From Vicugna vicugna (Eukaryota): a stretch of DNA of 64,000 bases. The translations under genes were made by a program, and so were the position numbers. Under the pieces are notes generated by a model. It saw only the letters and a list, made by a program, of their open reading frames with translations. It did not search any database and was not told where the DNA came from. Location of the stretch: contig MU058387.1 of assembly GCA_013265495.1 (NCBI GenBank), forward strand, positions 1-64,000. Reading direction: 5' to 3'. Of this stretch, positions 12,720-25,900 are shown piece after piece (the first letter of the stretch is position 1; each line of letters starts with the position of its first letter).

Positions 12720-14200
12720 TTCTTTGACTTTTTACCAATCTGTGTCTTTATTTAGAGAGTATGTTGATTGTATACAACAACTTGCTTATTTTTCCCCACA
12801 GCAAAATAATCCTGACATTTTTATTGCTTTGTTGACATCATTTACGTTTGATGTCCGCTTTCTTCTTATCTATTTCCTGTTCATGCCTTGGAGTGTTTTC
12901 TGTTTGTCTATCTTACTTGGTATTTATTGAAGCTTTTTGATCAAGTGAGTTTATATTTTATATCAAATTGAAAAACTTTCAGCCATTATTTCCTCAAATA
13001 TGTTTTGTGTCCTCCCTTCACTCTTCTCTCCTTTTGTGACCCTAATTACCTAAATGTTAGACCCCTTGAATTTGCACCACGGATCCACAGGGGTGTTCAT
13101 TATGTTTCAATATTTCTCTCTCTATGCTTCACTTTGGATATTTTTCTATTGATATGTCTTCAAGCACACTGATTAATTCTTCTGTTGTATCTATTATCAT
13201 GTGTTAATCCCATTCTGTAGATTTTTCATTTAAGATTTTTTTTTCTCTAAAAGTTCCATGTGGTTCTTTTTATACCTTCTACTTTCTCTTCTATTATGTT
13301 CATATGTTCTTTTAAATCTTTGAGCATATTTATAATAGATTTTAAAAGATCTTTTTCTTCTGATCCCATCCTCTCTATCATGTCTGGGTCTGTTTCAGTC
13401 AGTGGATTCTTCTGGTTATGGTTACCATTTGCTGCTTCTTTCTTTGTCACATAATTTCTTTTGAATGAGGGGTACTGTGAATGTTACATTGTTGAGTGTT
13501 TGGATTTTGATGTCTGCTTTTATCTGCTTTTTTTTTTAACAGTTGAAGTCTAGTTTTACAAGTCCTTTATGTTTCTTGTAGATCAACATGATCCTTTCAA
13601 GATTTATTATTAAGCCTATTTGTAGCAGCAACAAGTAGCATTTACTCTAGAGCTGAATGGGCCCCTTTAAATGCTGAGCTTTTGGAGGTCTCCACCAACA
13701 GCGCTACTTGGTCAACAAGGTCTCCCTACTCTGGCCAGATGGATACCAAACATGTTCCCTGCCCCGTGCGAGCTCTGGGGCTACGTAACTTTTTCTTTCC
13801 ACCTCTGCACAACCTCCATGTAGCTACTTGAGGGGACCCCTCTGCAGATTGCTACAGCTCTTTCTCTAAGGAGCTACACCTTCTCTAGCTCTTGGGTCTA
13901 CAAATTCTAGCCACCACTGCTTCCCCGACCTCCCATCTCTGCAAGCATGTCCGATACACTCTTCTTGGAATTTCTTTCCCTTTAGTGGAGTCTGAGATGC
14001 ACTTCCAGGCAGCAAGCCCCAGTGACTGCGGAGATCACAATCTCTGTTTTCCTCCTTCCAGGGATCATAGTCCTTCTCTGCTTGTTGTGTAAGGCCTGAA
14101 AATCTTGTCTAGTTTTTTTTTTTTTTTTACTTATTCATGGCAAATAGTTTAGTTCAATAATGATGACCCTCTAATGGCTGGAACATGGAATCTTGGCTTC
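12720..14200 (-). mobile_element. Old L1 5' region / ORF1 remnant
   Basis: TTTCAGCCATTATTTCCTCAAATA and AATTACCTAAATGTTAGAC; minus ORF 13247-13450 (TETDPDMIERM...SIINMLKDLKEHMNII) resembles the L1 ORF1p N-terminal coiled coil. Confidence 0.75.
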
Positions 14201-15454
14201 TATTTTCAATGTGGCCTAATAGGAATATAGTGGCATTCATTTCATAAACTTCGTAAAGGCTGTACAAGTGTCTGCCTTTTTTCTTGCTTTTCTCACTGCC
14301 TAATATTATGCCTGACATGTAGTTGGCCCTTGGTATATATTTGTTGAATAAATTAATAATAAAAAATACTTATGGACTATGATGAGAAAAAAAGCTAAAG
14401 CTCTTCACCAGAAGGACAAGTGCTGCTTCAAAGAACCAGTTAAGACAAGGTGTGAAATTCAAGTTTGTACACTATTTTGCCTATTACGTATGGAATTGTT
14501 TCTGGGAGAGTGGCATGCATTAAAATATGCAAAGAAGTATTTATATTACAATCAATGTTCTTAATCCGGGATATCAACCGACCAGAGACATTTGCACTAT
14601 CAATCTAAATGTGTGTGAGTCTGGGAGTCTTGAGGAAACTTTCATTTTCTCGGCCATCATGAAAGACTTAAACTTACCTATTTTATCTACAGTGAGTAGA
14701 AATACTCAGATGCTCTCATTTCACTATGTCAGACATAATCATTACTAGTCCAGGCTTGTCTCAGATGAACTTGTCATGTTCTTAATGCAAGTCACTGAAG
14801 TTGGTCTTGCCTTGGCCGACTGGTCCTATCCTGCAATGTGAATGCTACTTTGTTAAGTCTGACAGTTTAACCCTAAGAAATCTGGGAAACTCACAGCAGA
14901 ATTGGTTTCTTTGACTCTGGGCACAATTCAACATTTGGCCATCATTATATGAACTATTGCTAATTTGTGCTCTAATTAACTTTCCAAACCCATGATGAGG
15001 GCTTATTTTGTTCTTTTTGAATCTCCACTCATTGTTTGCTCTTAAGGATTTGACTGAGACACAGTGAGGTGCTAAAACTTAATTTTATTTCAGATACATT
15101 GGTAGTAAACATATCCTATTGAGAGAACATTCTAAGAAAAGCAAAAGAAAAATCCATGGACCTCAACTGGTTAAATAGGCTATAGAGGAAATTCCTATAA
15201 TCAAGGATTTAAGTCAGCCAGTCAGTCACCAATTATAAATTTAGTTCCCACAGGGGGCAAATTGTTTAAGACACTAAAGCTATTCAACTTTAAGACATAT
15301 GGTTTCAAGTTTAGATGCAAATCTAAAGGTGAGGCATTCAGTTTGAATAAAAGAAGAACAAAAGATGTTTACATTCGAACCTGTTCTTTGGAATGAATTT
15401 ACCATCTTTATTGTTTCTTTTCTTTTATGTTGTCCAAGGCTTTTTGCACATTCT

Positions 15455-15785
15455 CATAGACTCACAGAACTTTGAACATGAGAGGAGCTACAAAAATTAT
15501 GCAGTGCACATGCTCCCACTCAGGGGTGCTTCTTAAACTACAGATTTCTGGGCTTCTCTTGCAAAGACTGTAATTCAATTGATCAGAAGTGGTCCTCTAG
15601 TCTGATTTAAAAAAAAAATGACTGAGCAAAAGCACTGATATAGTTTAATTTTCATTTTACAAATAATGAAATTAAGACCTAGAAAAGTTAACTGATTTGC
15701 CCAATGTTTCTACAAAAGTTGGTGACAAAAAATTGAAAATCATGATCCTGGAATGCTGTTTTCTATTTTAGAGCTTTCCCCATGG
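15455..15785 (-). mobile_element. MIR SINE interrupted by a MER5-like hAT element (about 15502-15637)
   Basis: CATAGACTCACAGAACTT and CATTTTACAAATAATGAAATTAAGACCTAGAAAAGTTAACTGATTTGCCCAA flank a CAGTG...CACTG insert. Confidence 0.6.
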
Positions 15786-16049
15786 CTTCACAATCTCCTC
15801 AAAGGGAGAACACGGTTTATACAATATTAAATGGCAGAAATCCTTGAAATCTGTCTTAACTTCACATCTCTTATCAAGCTGTACTTCCCCAGGAAGTCTC
15901 ACCACTGTCGTGGTGTCCTTTTGTATCTGTCTCCCACATCTATCTCCAGAATTCTAGAATTCTGAACACCTTCGAACAAAACACAGGCAAAGCTCAGTTC
16001 TTCGTTAATATGCATTCAGCCTTATCTGCTATGGTTCTCTGTCCCTGGA

Positions 16050-16900
16050 AATCACATTCCCAGTACACCCAGTTAAGCAAGTTAGGAGCCTCGGAGTGAT
16101 CCTGGAGGCGCTATATCTTCATCTGTCTATCCCACGTATTCAAATTCACATTTTTTCTAAGTCTTGTTAAATTAATTAGACAAGAAGGCCCATAGACTCA
16201 AGTGGTTCCTACACCTTTACAGCCTATGTAAGCAAACCCAAACTTAAGCCTGTAAATGCCTCAAGATTAAGAAATCAAAATCTAAAACCAGCTGATCAGA
16301 ATCTTTCGGCACAGCTTTAGTTTTTCATAACCCAGCTCCAGAACTTCACTTTGCCCCACATAAGTAAGGTAAGTGTGCTATAACCAATCAACATTTGCCC
16401 AGTATAACATCTTTGTTCTTGCTCGATTTGGTCAATCAAACCATCTCTTTTTGTACAACTCTTTAAAGCGTCTCTCTCTCTCTCTTTTTTTAAGACTGGC
16501 TGCTTCCCTGTTCATATTCACTAAATGGAGCCAACTGGATCTGACATGTACATATCTGTGAATTTTTTAAAACAGTATTTAGCATTTGTTGAGATCATCC
16601 AACCCACCTCAGTCCACGCTAAGATCATTTTATTCATTGACAGCGGCAAGTGATTTGGAAATGATTGCCTTCAGCATTGCCTTCTTCTAATCATTTTTCA
16701 CCCTGTTGAAGATAAACCTTCTGAAAATGCAAATCTAATCATTTCAAATGCTCCAGTGTCTTCCCATTGTCCTTGAGATATATCCTAAAAACGTCAGACT
16801 AATTTATGTGGCCCCACTTAATCTATGCCTAGTTTCAGTCTCAATATAATGCAATTCTATTTTTTGCCCTCTATGTTCCAGTCATACTGGGACCACTTTT
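16050..16900 (+). mobile_element. L2 fragment split by an LTR
   Basis: CCTCGGAGTGATCCTGGA and CTGAAAATGCAAATCTAATCATTTCAAATGCTCCAGTGTCTTCCCATTG. Confidence 0.6.
16165..16574 (+). mobile_element. ERV (ERV1-like) solo LTR
   Basis: TGTTAAA...AACA ends, internal AACCAATC box, GCCTATGTAAGCAAACCCAAACTTAAGCC; near-match 4-bp flanks GTCT and GTAT. Confidence 0.6.
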
Positions 16901-17489
16901 TGATCATCCAACAGGGTTTAATAGAATTATAATTGTATTTGAGAAATAAAATTAATTCTCTCTTGTTAAACATTAATCCAAAGCCAACATAATTTCATTT
17001 GCCATTATTTCCTCTTTATTCTAGTTAATGTCATTTGTAAGTTGCTCTCGTTCTTGAATTGATATCTTTTGTTATATAAAGAGATACTCTAAATTTTAGC
17101 TGTACTGTTTTAATACATTGGCACAGCCAACTAAATAGAAAATAATTTTTTAAAAGATTTTTCTAAAATAGGATTTACTGATTTGACAAAAAGTCTCAAG
17201 GAAATGAAAACAAAAGTTAGAATATCACCTTCATTTATTGTGCTAGTCTGTTATAATCTTTACAAATACAGTGGCATTTAGTATGTTTTAGTTCATTATA
17301 ATAGTACGCAATAATACAATTTATCACTGAAGAATGTTTCTCAAGAATATATGTCAACAGATTACTTAAAACATTCAATTTTAACCAACATTTATTGAGG
17401 GTGTATTTGCTGCTGGAGAATAACGTATTTTCTTAATGAAACTTGAATACCATCAGTTGGAGCAGTGATGATGATGATGATGGCAAAGA

Positions 17490-17785
17490 CGTATTAGGTG
17501 CTTCCTGAGTGCCTGGTGCTGTGAGACTCAGTTCACCTAGTTCATCTCACTTGATCTTCATAATTATATCTAGAAAGTTGGTGCTATGCATTGAGCGAAT
17601 ACATTAAAGGTGCCTGTCAAGTAGTAAGACTCAATATCTGTAGCTGTTGTTATTTTTACTATTTTGTATTTCTCTTTCCAGAGATGAGAACAACTGAGGC
17701 ACAGAGCATGTACTTTTCGGCCTGTGGTTGAGCCGAGATGAAGTGTCAGGTCTTCAAACTCCATCCCCAATGTTCTTTCCATAGA
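17490..17785 (-). mobile_element. MIR fragments
   Basis: CAGAGATGAGAACAACTGAGGCACAGAG core and TCCCCAATGTTCTTTCCA. Confidence 0.65.
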
Positions 17786-17879
17786 TTCTTAACAAAGAAA
17801 CACAGGCATGAAGAAACTGACATTTACTTTGATCCCTGGGACTTTTTTCCCCCACCTTCTGGACCCTGCCCCTTTTCCG

Positions 17880-18329
17880 GACGGGCATCATCAACACATG
17901 GCCCTGACACTTGGAAGAGGGCAAGTGTTCCAGGGAGCCAATGAAAGGTGTGCCCTTGGATAACATTTATCAAAGTTCCAGAAATGGGCACAGAACCTAA
18001 ATACACAGCAAGTGAGAGCCTTTTTCCAGAACTCACTATGGATGTGGGAAATGAGTTCCTCTTTCCTTCTGTAATGGCAGGTGCTCAGGACCTTGGGATG
18101 GAGATTCTGGGGCTTTTCCACAGAAACCTGGCAAGTTTGTTGGAGAATGAAGCCAATATAAATAAAAGTTGTTTAAAGAGATAGAGAGACATAATCTTGA
18201 TGATGATTTTGGAGTTTCTCAAACTTTCCAGATTTAAATAAATCTATGGCTGGGGGTTGGGGTGGGGGTGTTTCACTTAAGCCTGTATGAGCTACATTTC
18301 AGTCACTTTAACAGCCTGGACTAAAACAC
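17880..18329 (+). mobile_element. Old MaLR LTR (MLT1K/L-like)
   Basis: GGAGAATGAAGCCAA, CTTGATGATGATTTTGGAG, CTTAAGCC...CAGTCACTT...GACTAAAACA end. Confidence 0.55.
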
Positions 18330-18404
18330 AGCCCCTCAAATAATGGAATTGACATGGATTCTTGTGGTCACATTTCTGAAAGCATCATAAAATGTTCACT
18401 TCAC

Positions 18405-18525
18405 CCATTTGCTTTTGTCCTTCCTTCTTTATGCCTATCCTTCCTCATCCCTACCTCCTTCCTTTCCTTCTTCCCCCTTCTCGCCTCCTTCCCTTCCTTC
18501 CTTCTTTGTTTTTTCGTTTTCTTCT
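18405..18525. repeat. CT-rich low-complexity (polypyrimidine) tract
   Basis: Read directly. Confidence 0.85.
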
Positions 18526-18649
18526 CTTTATATGTAATTTGAGGGGTTCCGATCAATTACATCAACTTTTCCTGTGCCCAAGTTGCGAACCAGGTCAGAC
18601 GCAGAGGAGGCAGGAGATAGAGACAAATAGACTCACTTTTACATTTGGC

Positions 18650-21330
18650 TGGATTCTCTTCACTGATATTCTGTAAAAGTTTTTGTATCTGTACTCAAGG
18701 GGGCATGAAGAAAACTACTGTTTTGTTTTCATAATGCCTTTGTCTATTATGTTGCTCTCATAAAATGAATTGACAAGGCTCCCTGCTCCTCTGTTTTTTG
18801 AAAGATCTTTCTTAAATATTTGATAGAATTAACCAGTAAAGGTCTCTGGGCTTAGGATTTGTCAGAAAGTGTTTAATTATAAATTTTAATCATTTAAATT
18901 ATAGTGGACTACTCAGATTATTTCTTCTTCTGTCAATTTTCATCAGGTGTGCCTCTCAAGAAATATGTCCACTTCCTCTAAGTGGCCAAATTTATTGCCA
19001 TGAATTGTTCATAATATGTGCTTATTGTCATTATGTCTGTTTGTAGAATCTGAAGTATTTATCAGTATTGAATGTCCAGTACAATATTCATAATTCACAC
19101 ATTTCTCTTCTTGATCATTTTATTGGTCCTTAAAAAACAACCAGGTTTTGGTTTTACTGATTTTTGATTATTTGTCCAATTTCTTCATTTCAGATTTTGG
19201 TTCTTCTGTTTTTCACTTTTATCTCTTTCCTTCTACTTTCTTTGCTTTTGATTTGTTCTTCTTTTCTTAGCTTCTTAAGATAGAGCTTGGTTAACTGAGC
19301 TCAAAACTTCCTTTTCTAATACAAACATAAAATGATAAATTTCTCCCTAAGCAGTATTTTGGATGCATCCTGCAAATTTTACCTTTTTGAGTTCTTATTA
19401 TCTAACATTTCAAAATAATTAATAATTTTGTCTGTGACTTCTTCTTTGACCCGTTATGTGAAACAGTGTTGTTTACTTGGCTGTGTATTTGTGGATTTCC
19501 CAGATAGTCTACTACTGGTTTTTAATTTATTTATATGTAATTTCAATTATTTGAAATTTATTGAGACTTGCTCTATGATCCAGAATATGGCCCAGAATGT
19601 TTTACCAGCACATAAACAATATGTGTATTATTCAACTGTTTGTGTGGTGTACTATAAAGGAATTTGATGTCAATTTGGATATATATAATTTATTTTTTTT
19701 CCTCTGGATTCTTTTAAGATATTTATTTTAGTTCCCATCAATTTTACTTTTACGAGCCTTGGTGGTGTTTTCTGTTTCTTTTCATTAGGGCTCATGGTGC
19801 TTATCTGAACAATTATAGTTTTCACTGCATTTAGAAATCACATTTTACATTTTATTTCTGTTGGCATTTTTGTCCTTCTTTTTGTAATTACAATTACACA
19901 TACGTTAGACCACTTGATGCTGCCTTTCAAGTAACTGAGGACCTTTTCATTTTTTCCCAACGTTCTTCTCTCCTTTTCAAGTTGGTTGCATTCTATTTTT
20001 TTTTCAATTTCACTTATCTCTTCTTCAGTGTCTAATAAGTTCTTAAACTCAAATAGTGAATTTTCCATCTTTGATATTCTAATGTTCACTCTGGAAATTC
20101 TACTTGGCTCTCTTTTATAGTTTCTCTTTCTCCTCTCATCCCACTTATGTTTTCCATAAATTTCTTGAACACGTTTATAGTCATTCTTTTAAAGTCCTTA
20201 CATGCTAATTTTGTTATTTCTGCACTTCTGAGACCACTTCTATTGATTGATTGATGTTTCTCATGATTACTGGTTACAATTTTCTGTTTATTCAGAAATT
20301 CAGCACTTCAATGCCATTAGAGGTCATTACATTTTACTTTTAGGCACATACAACATCATGTTTGGGTATGTAACCAATTCCGACCATTGAAAGAAAATGT
20401 TGTATACAGGTGCTTACCAAAATAGCTGTTGTTATAGAGAGGTTTATTTTATTTTATTTTATTTTATTTTATTTTATTTTATTTTTTGAGTCCTTCACAG
20501 ATACGGACTTTTGCAAAATACAGTAAAATGAGATAAAAAGGGAAAAAGAAATTAAAAGATATACAAAGGCAATATATAATTGAGTTTGGTGAGTACATAA
20601 TATTTCCCCTACTGTAGTTGGTTCTGAACATTTCTATTAGCTCTTATTTCTTCAATATCATCTTTTCTCTCTCAGCTCTTTCTGTGGCTTCAATTGAACA
20701 TACATTGTCTTCTCATGTATTCCCTTGTCTTTTTCCCCCTCTTTTAAATTTTGCATCTGATTTTAATATCTAATGTCTTATAAGACTGTTCCTGTTGTCT
20801 GTCAGTTTTCTGGAATCTCAGTTTCTGTGTCTTTTTCTTGTGGACTTGGTTTTCTCATAACATGAATTATAAGAACATTCTGAGTCCTGTCATTTGAACT
20901 TCTTCCTCCAGACCCAATTTAAATTAGTTTCTGTTAGGTGCCTGGATTCAGTGTCATTTTAGGGCCATCTAAATACAACTGCAAGACTGAAGAGTTCACA
21001 GCCTTACCCAAATGAAGTGAAACTGGCTGGTGTACTTGTTGTACATAACCCTAGGATTTACCTTTTCTCTCAGCTTGCCAGCCTGCTGAAAAGTCTGTTT
21101 AATTTCTCAATTGCTTTTCCCCAATAAGCAAGTGACACTGGGCGAAGGTGTTTTGAGTGCTCATTTTAATCCTTTGAGTTCTCTTACTTCTATCAGAGAT
21201 TAAGCATGGTAATTCCTTACTATGTTACTGTTCTTCAATGTTTTTAGGAAGATTTAAAAAAAATAGTTTATCCAAATTTCTCCTTTGTGTTCAGCCACAG
21301 GGTTGGTCTTATTATACATATTATTTAAAT
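18650..21330 (-). mobile_element. Old L1 (ORF2, ORF1 and 5' fragments)
   Basis: TTGATAGAATTAACCAGTAAAGGTCTCTGGGC and TGGCCAAATTTATTGCCAT; minus ORF 19838-20089 (ISKMENSLFEFKNLLDTEEEISEIE...IKWSNVCVI) is L1 ORF1p-like. Confidence 0.8.
20444..20486. repeat. (TTTTA)n pentanucleotide repeat
   Basis: Read directly. Confidence 0.95.
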
Positions 21331-21576
21331 AGAGAAGTCAAATCAGTTCTTACTTGAATGTCTTTCTGGTTCCAGGGACCTGACTCTTCCCCTTGATCCA
21401 GGAGTGGGGAAAGTGACTCAGCTAAACCAAGGTGGGACTCCAGATCATTAGTCAGGGTCACTGTTTTATCAGTGGACAGAAAACTGTGCTGCTCCAATCA
21501 GAATTGTTCTCAGAATCCTTACGGGAAATTCTGAAACAGAAGTATTCTTTGGATGTTGTCCATGATGATATGTGGC

Positions 21577-22579
21577 TGTGATGGTTAATTTTACATGTCA
21601 GTTTGACTGAGACCCCAGAATGCCTAGGTATCTGGTTAAACATTATCTCTGGGTGTGTCTGTGAGGGTGTTTTCAGAAGAGACTAGCAAAAGATCGTGAA
21701 CTGGTGAACTGAGTAAAGTAGGTGGCCTCCCCTAATGCAAATGAGAAACAACCAGTCACCGAGGGCCTGCATAGAACAAAAAGGTGAAAGAAGGCTGGAT
21801 TCACTCTCGGCCTGACAGACTGAGCTGGGATGCCAGTTTTCTCCCGCCCTCAGATTCTCAGTCTTCAGGCTTTCAGGCTCAAGTTGGGATCTACCTGTCA
21901 ACTCTCCTGCTCTCAAGCCTCTGAACTACCCTACCGGCTTTCTGGGGTCCCCAGCTTGCAGAAGGCAGATCATGGGAATTCTCAGTCTCCACAGCACATG
22001 AGCCAATTCCTTACTGGAATTTCATTTGATATATGCATATACACATAGATAAATATGCATATATGTATATACAAATATAAACATGAATGATGTGTATGTA
22101 TGAACATATATATAATATACTATAAACAGAACCAATTGATATAGATATATGTATAAATATCTAAACATATATAAATATATAGATACACATTATATATCTA
22201 TATATGCATCAGTACACATATATCTTTATGTATGTATATAAAATTTTATGTATACATACATATATACCACATTGTAAATATATACTCATATACAGATATA
22301 TGCATAGTCATACACATACATAGATATATATCATATTTCTATACCCATGTCTATAGATGTATGCATATCTATATATGTGTACTATTGTACATTTATATAC
22401 ACATTACATATCGATATATACCTTTATATGCATGAAGATATACATTATCTAATATCAATGTCTATATCTATTACATATATGTATTAATATATTATATATA
22501 TAATGTATATACGTCTATAGCTATCTATCTATCTGTCTATCCTATTGGTTCTGCTTCTCTTGAGAACCTCACTAATCCA
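21577..22579 (+). mobile_element. MLT2 (ERV-L) 5' LTR with an internal TA-rich expansion
   Basis: TGTGATGGTTAATTTTACATGTCAGTTTGACTG start; CCTATTGGTTCTGCTTCTCTTGAGAACCTCACTAATCCA end. Confidence 0.9.
22030..22540. repeat. Degenerate (TA)n/(TATACA)n low-complexity block, about 500 bp
   Basis: Read directly; lies inside the MLT2 LTR. Confidence 0.9.
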
Positions 22580-22995
22580 GATTTTGGTACCGGGAATGAT
22601 TCTAGAGGAACAGAATCTTAAGGTTGAGTTTTCTAAATTGTTTCTGGTGTTTCTGAAATTGGCTTTCTCATGTGATTAGATTTCAAGATGCTAATGACTC
22701 TGTTTCCCGTAATACAGAGTGCATGGATAGTTTATGGCATGATCTGGCAACAGAGATACACAAAATATCTTCATCTGATACTCCTAACAAACCACTTGTA
22801 AGACACAAGTTGCTGGGTGACCATGTATATATACTTTAAAGCTTTTTTTGAAAACTAATGAATATAATAAAGTTGATTGGTTGCTCTTATATCACTGGAC
22901 AGAGAGGTGAAAGAAAGCCTGGGTTCAGGGATTCAAATTCCCATCTCAAGTATAAATGACCTGGAGGCTTCTATGTACACCTTGCAGGAGATTCT
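22580..22995 (+). mobile_element. ERV-L internal 5' region with primer-binding site
   Basis: GATTTTGGTACCGGGAATGATTCTAGAGGAACAGAATCTTAAGG immediately after the LTR CA, matching the start of ERV-L internal sequence. Confidence 0.85.
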
Positions 22996-25900
22996 TTAAT
23001 ATTGTTAACTTTGACACAGTGAGAAAAAAAAAAGACCTATGGGTAAAATTCAAATTGTAGATGAGAGGGGAGAACTTCTCAAAGAAATAGCATTGCATCT
23101 CAAATCACCTAGGGTCCATTATACCTGAAGTCCATCATACCATTTGACTTTTTAGTCATATGAATGAATCAGTTCCCTTATTTCTAGAGTCCATCTGTTT
23201 AGCTTTCTGTATCTTGCTACCTAAAGTATTGTAGCTGATACAATCGTTGTGATGTCTCCTGAAACTGAGGAAGAGCAAGGGACCTAGGTGGCTTTGATGG
23301 TAAGTCTTCGACATATACAAGAGAGAGAAAAGGATCAGTCATCCTCATTGCCAAAGGTTCCAGCAGAGATACCTTGAGAAAGATCTCTTGATTAGCCTAT
23401 GTTGGGTCAAGAGACTCCCTCTGGAGTAGTCACTATGAATGAATTACGGAATTATGGTATTTTTGTTAGCCCAGTTGGATTCACAGCTGAGCCTGGTTTA
23501 TAATCCTAAAAGTGGTCATTATTCACTTCAGTGTATAGATAAGGACGTGGCATTGCAGAGAATGTGATTCACCCACAGTAACATGACAAAGAAAAGCCCT
23601 TTTAATTGAAAACAAAACATAACATTATGTTTACTCAATCAGGAAGGCTTAAATTATATATTTCACTTTAACATCAATATTAGTCATTGACCATAAATGT
23701 TTATATTTGAAACGATGTGCCTCTGTGTACTGTGTTCTCTGTATTCTCATATTAAGATCTATTGCCAGGACCGTTCATCCCTTGGCTTGGTCCTCTTAAA
23801 TGCTCACTGTATTGTACGTTCACATGTTTAGACAATTATCTCCAAATGGTCCTCAGACTTTGTGCATTATTTCTACTGTTCACCATCCATCTCCCTTTTT
23901 CTTTCTTGGGGAGAAATTTGGCTCCAACTTTGTGCCTTGGGTCCTCTGAGAATCTGCTTCTAGTGCTGGCATATATAATAAAGCATTTTATAAAACACTC
24001 TCCTTAGAGAAAATGGTGGACCTGGATTGCATCCAGCCACCAAGTGAGAAATTTTAATTTTTTAACAACCAAGGGAGAGCAATTCTGTTCTTTTTATTTG
24101 TTAATAGCGTTGCCACAGTGGCAGTGGTGGGAAATTTCCTCTAAACTTTTGGAGCTGTTCTGATTGGCTATCTTGCCACAAAAGTTTGTTTTTCTCATTC
24201 TTAAGGGAGGAATCCTTTAACTCCCTACTTAGCTACAAATTGCAAGTCAGAGGATCAGTCTTTATCCTGGGATGGGTCCTTCTCGTTTGCAATGAGCCTG
24301 TACCCCAGCCTGTTTTCTGGGCAGGTGGTTAGGCATCAAATTCCATTTGGCAACATGAAGAACAAGCAAATGACAGAATCATTGAGAAAAACAAGCAAAT
24401 GACAAAATCTCTATGCCACACATTCACTTCTTGCGTCTCGAGGGTTGTGAAGTTGGTGAAAGGCTTACAGAAACAAAAAAACAAGGAGTTAAAACAAAAC
24501 CTGTTTAGCCCAGAAGCAAATTAAAAAGAGGGACTAAGGGGGGATGATGTAAGAGAGAAGACAGGTGGGAGGTAATTTTATCTGTACCAGGTATGCACTG
24601 GTTAGAAATGGCAATGTTTTCCAACAAGTGAGGAGTGAACATGAGTTTCTACTGTCTCTCTTTGGAAAACTAAAAATACCTCAATGTTCTAGCTCCATGA
24701 CATCATTCTAACTCCTGTCATTTCAGAGGGTCATACCACATGGTATGAGTGATAATCTGACATCGCAACCATGTGTCTCTATATGATGTCCCAAAAGGAA
24801 AAGTAAGGCTAATAAATTTTTAGGTAAACAAAATTTATTTCCTAAGTACATGACTGAACTGCCACATCTCAGCCTACATCCAGTCTCATTTGGGGCTGAA
24901 CTCTTCTTTGGATGAAACACACAGGTCTTTTAAAAATCTAAGTATACACCCTGTTGGGTTTGGGGGCCATGACACAATCCAGAGGTCCCCTATGGACTCA
25001 GGGAGTTACTTTCACCTGAGATGTTTGTGACCTTTCCACCAGATATTTGATAACTTCAACATTAAATAAAATCCCAAAAAGAACACCACAGATGACAAAA
25101 TGAGCTAAAATTAAAGAAAAATGAATGAAGGAGCTGCCTTATTCTCAAGACCACTAATCATGCTTTACCCAGCTACATGCCACCCCCAGAAAAGTCCTGT
25201 GCTGGATCTGCACTTCAGGTTCAACTGCTGACTCATTCTCAGAATCACCTTGAGTCCAATGGACAGTCAGAGTGCCATTTCTTTTTCCTTGTTCACATCT
25301 CCATACTATGCTTTTTGTTTTCCACTGTCCATAAATTGCCTCTCTCTAAGGAGCCTACCTCTTTTCTTCCTTAAGAAACCATTTTAGATCTCTTAAATCT
25401 GTGGGCTCAGATGAACATCTGGCTAGACTGACTGTTACTATGAGGTACCACTCCCTTCTTTCCTGAACTGATGGCTCTTTGGTCTCTTCAGTCTTTGAGA
25501 TGTGCATTCACATAAATGTCCTACTAAAGTGACCCTGCAGGAAGAGGCACTGAGGTCCTAGTCCCGTGCAGCCAGAGCCTCCACAGGGGAGTAGAAATGA
25601 CATCCTGGCACATGGATGGACATGTTGCTTGTCTTCAATATGTGGAAGGGCCTCTCTGCTCTCCATCTGAATATGCTGCCCCAGCTAAACTCTGATGCAT
25701 TTACTGTAGGCTTTGCAAATTTGAGAGGAAAAGAGGAATCATTCTGAAAACAGGAGTGGAGAGTAAAATCTATGGAGAATTAAGCAGTATCTCTTGGAAC
25801 CATGAATACTGGAAGAATACCACCATGCAATATGTGAATTTGCTAAATTAGCATCAAGATTTGATCAGCCTCATTAAAGGAACAAACTGGACTGCAATCA

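Larger units (their letters stand above)
21350..23242 (+). mobile_element. Old MaLR LTR (MLT1-like) split by an ERV-L insertion
   Basis: Left part AGTGACTCAGCTAAACCAA and CTCCAATCAGAAT; right part ATATGAATGAATCAGTTCCCTTATTT...GTAGCTGATACA. Confidence 0.5.

Noticed and set aside
13247..13450. Coiled-coil protein ORF (likewise 19838-20089)
   Set aside because: Decayed L1 ORF1p remnant within an old LINE
22030..22540. CRISPR-like or coding repeat (Tyr/Ile/His-rich ORF 22232-22435)
   Set aside because: No repeat-spacer structure; it is degenerate TA microsatellite inside an LTR
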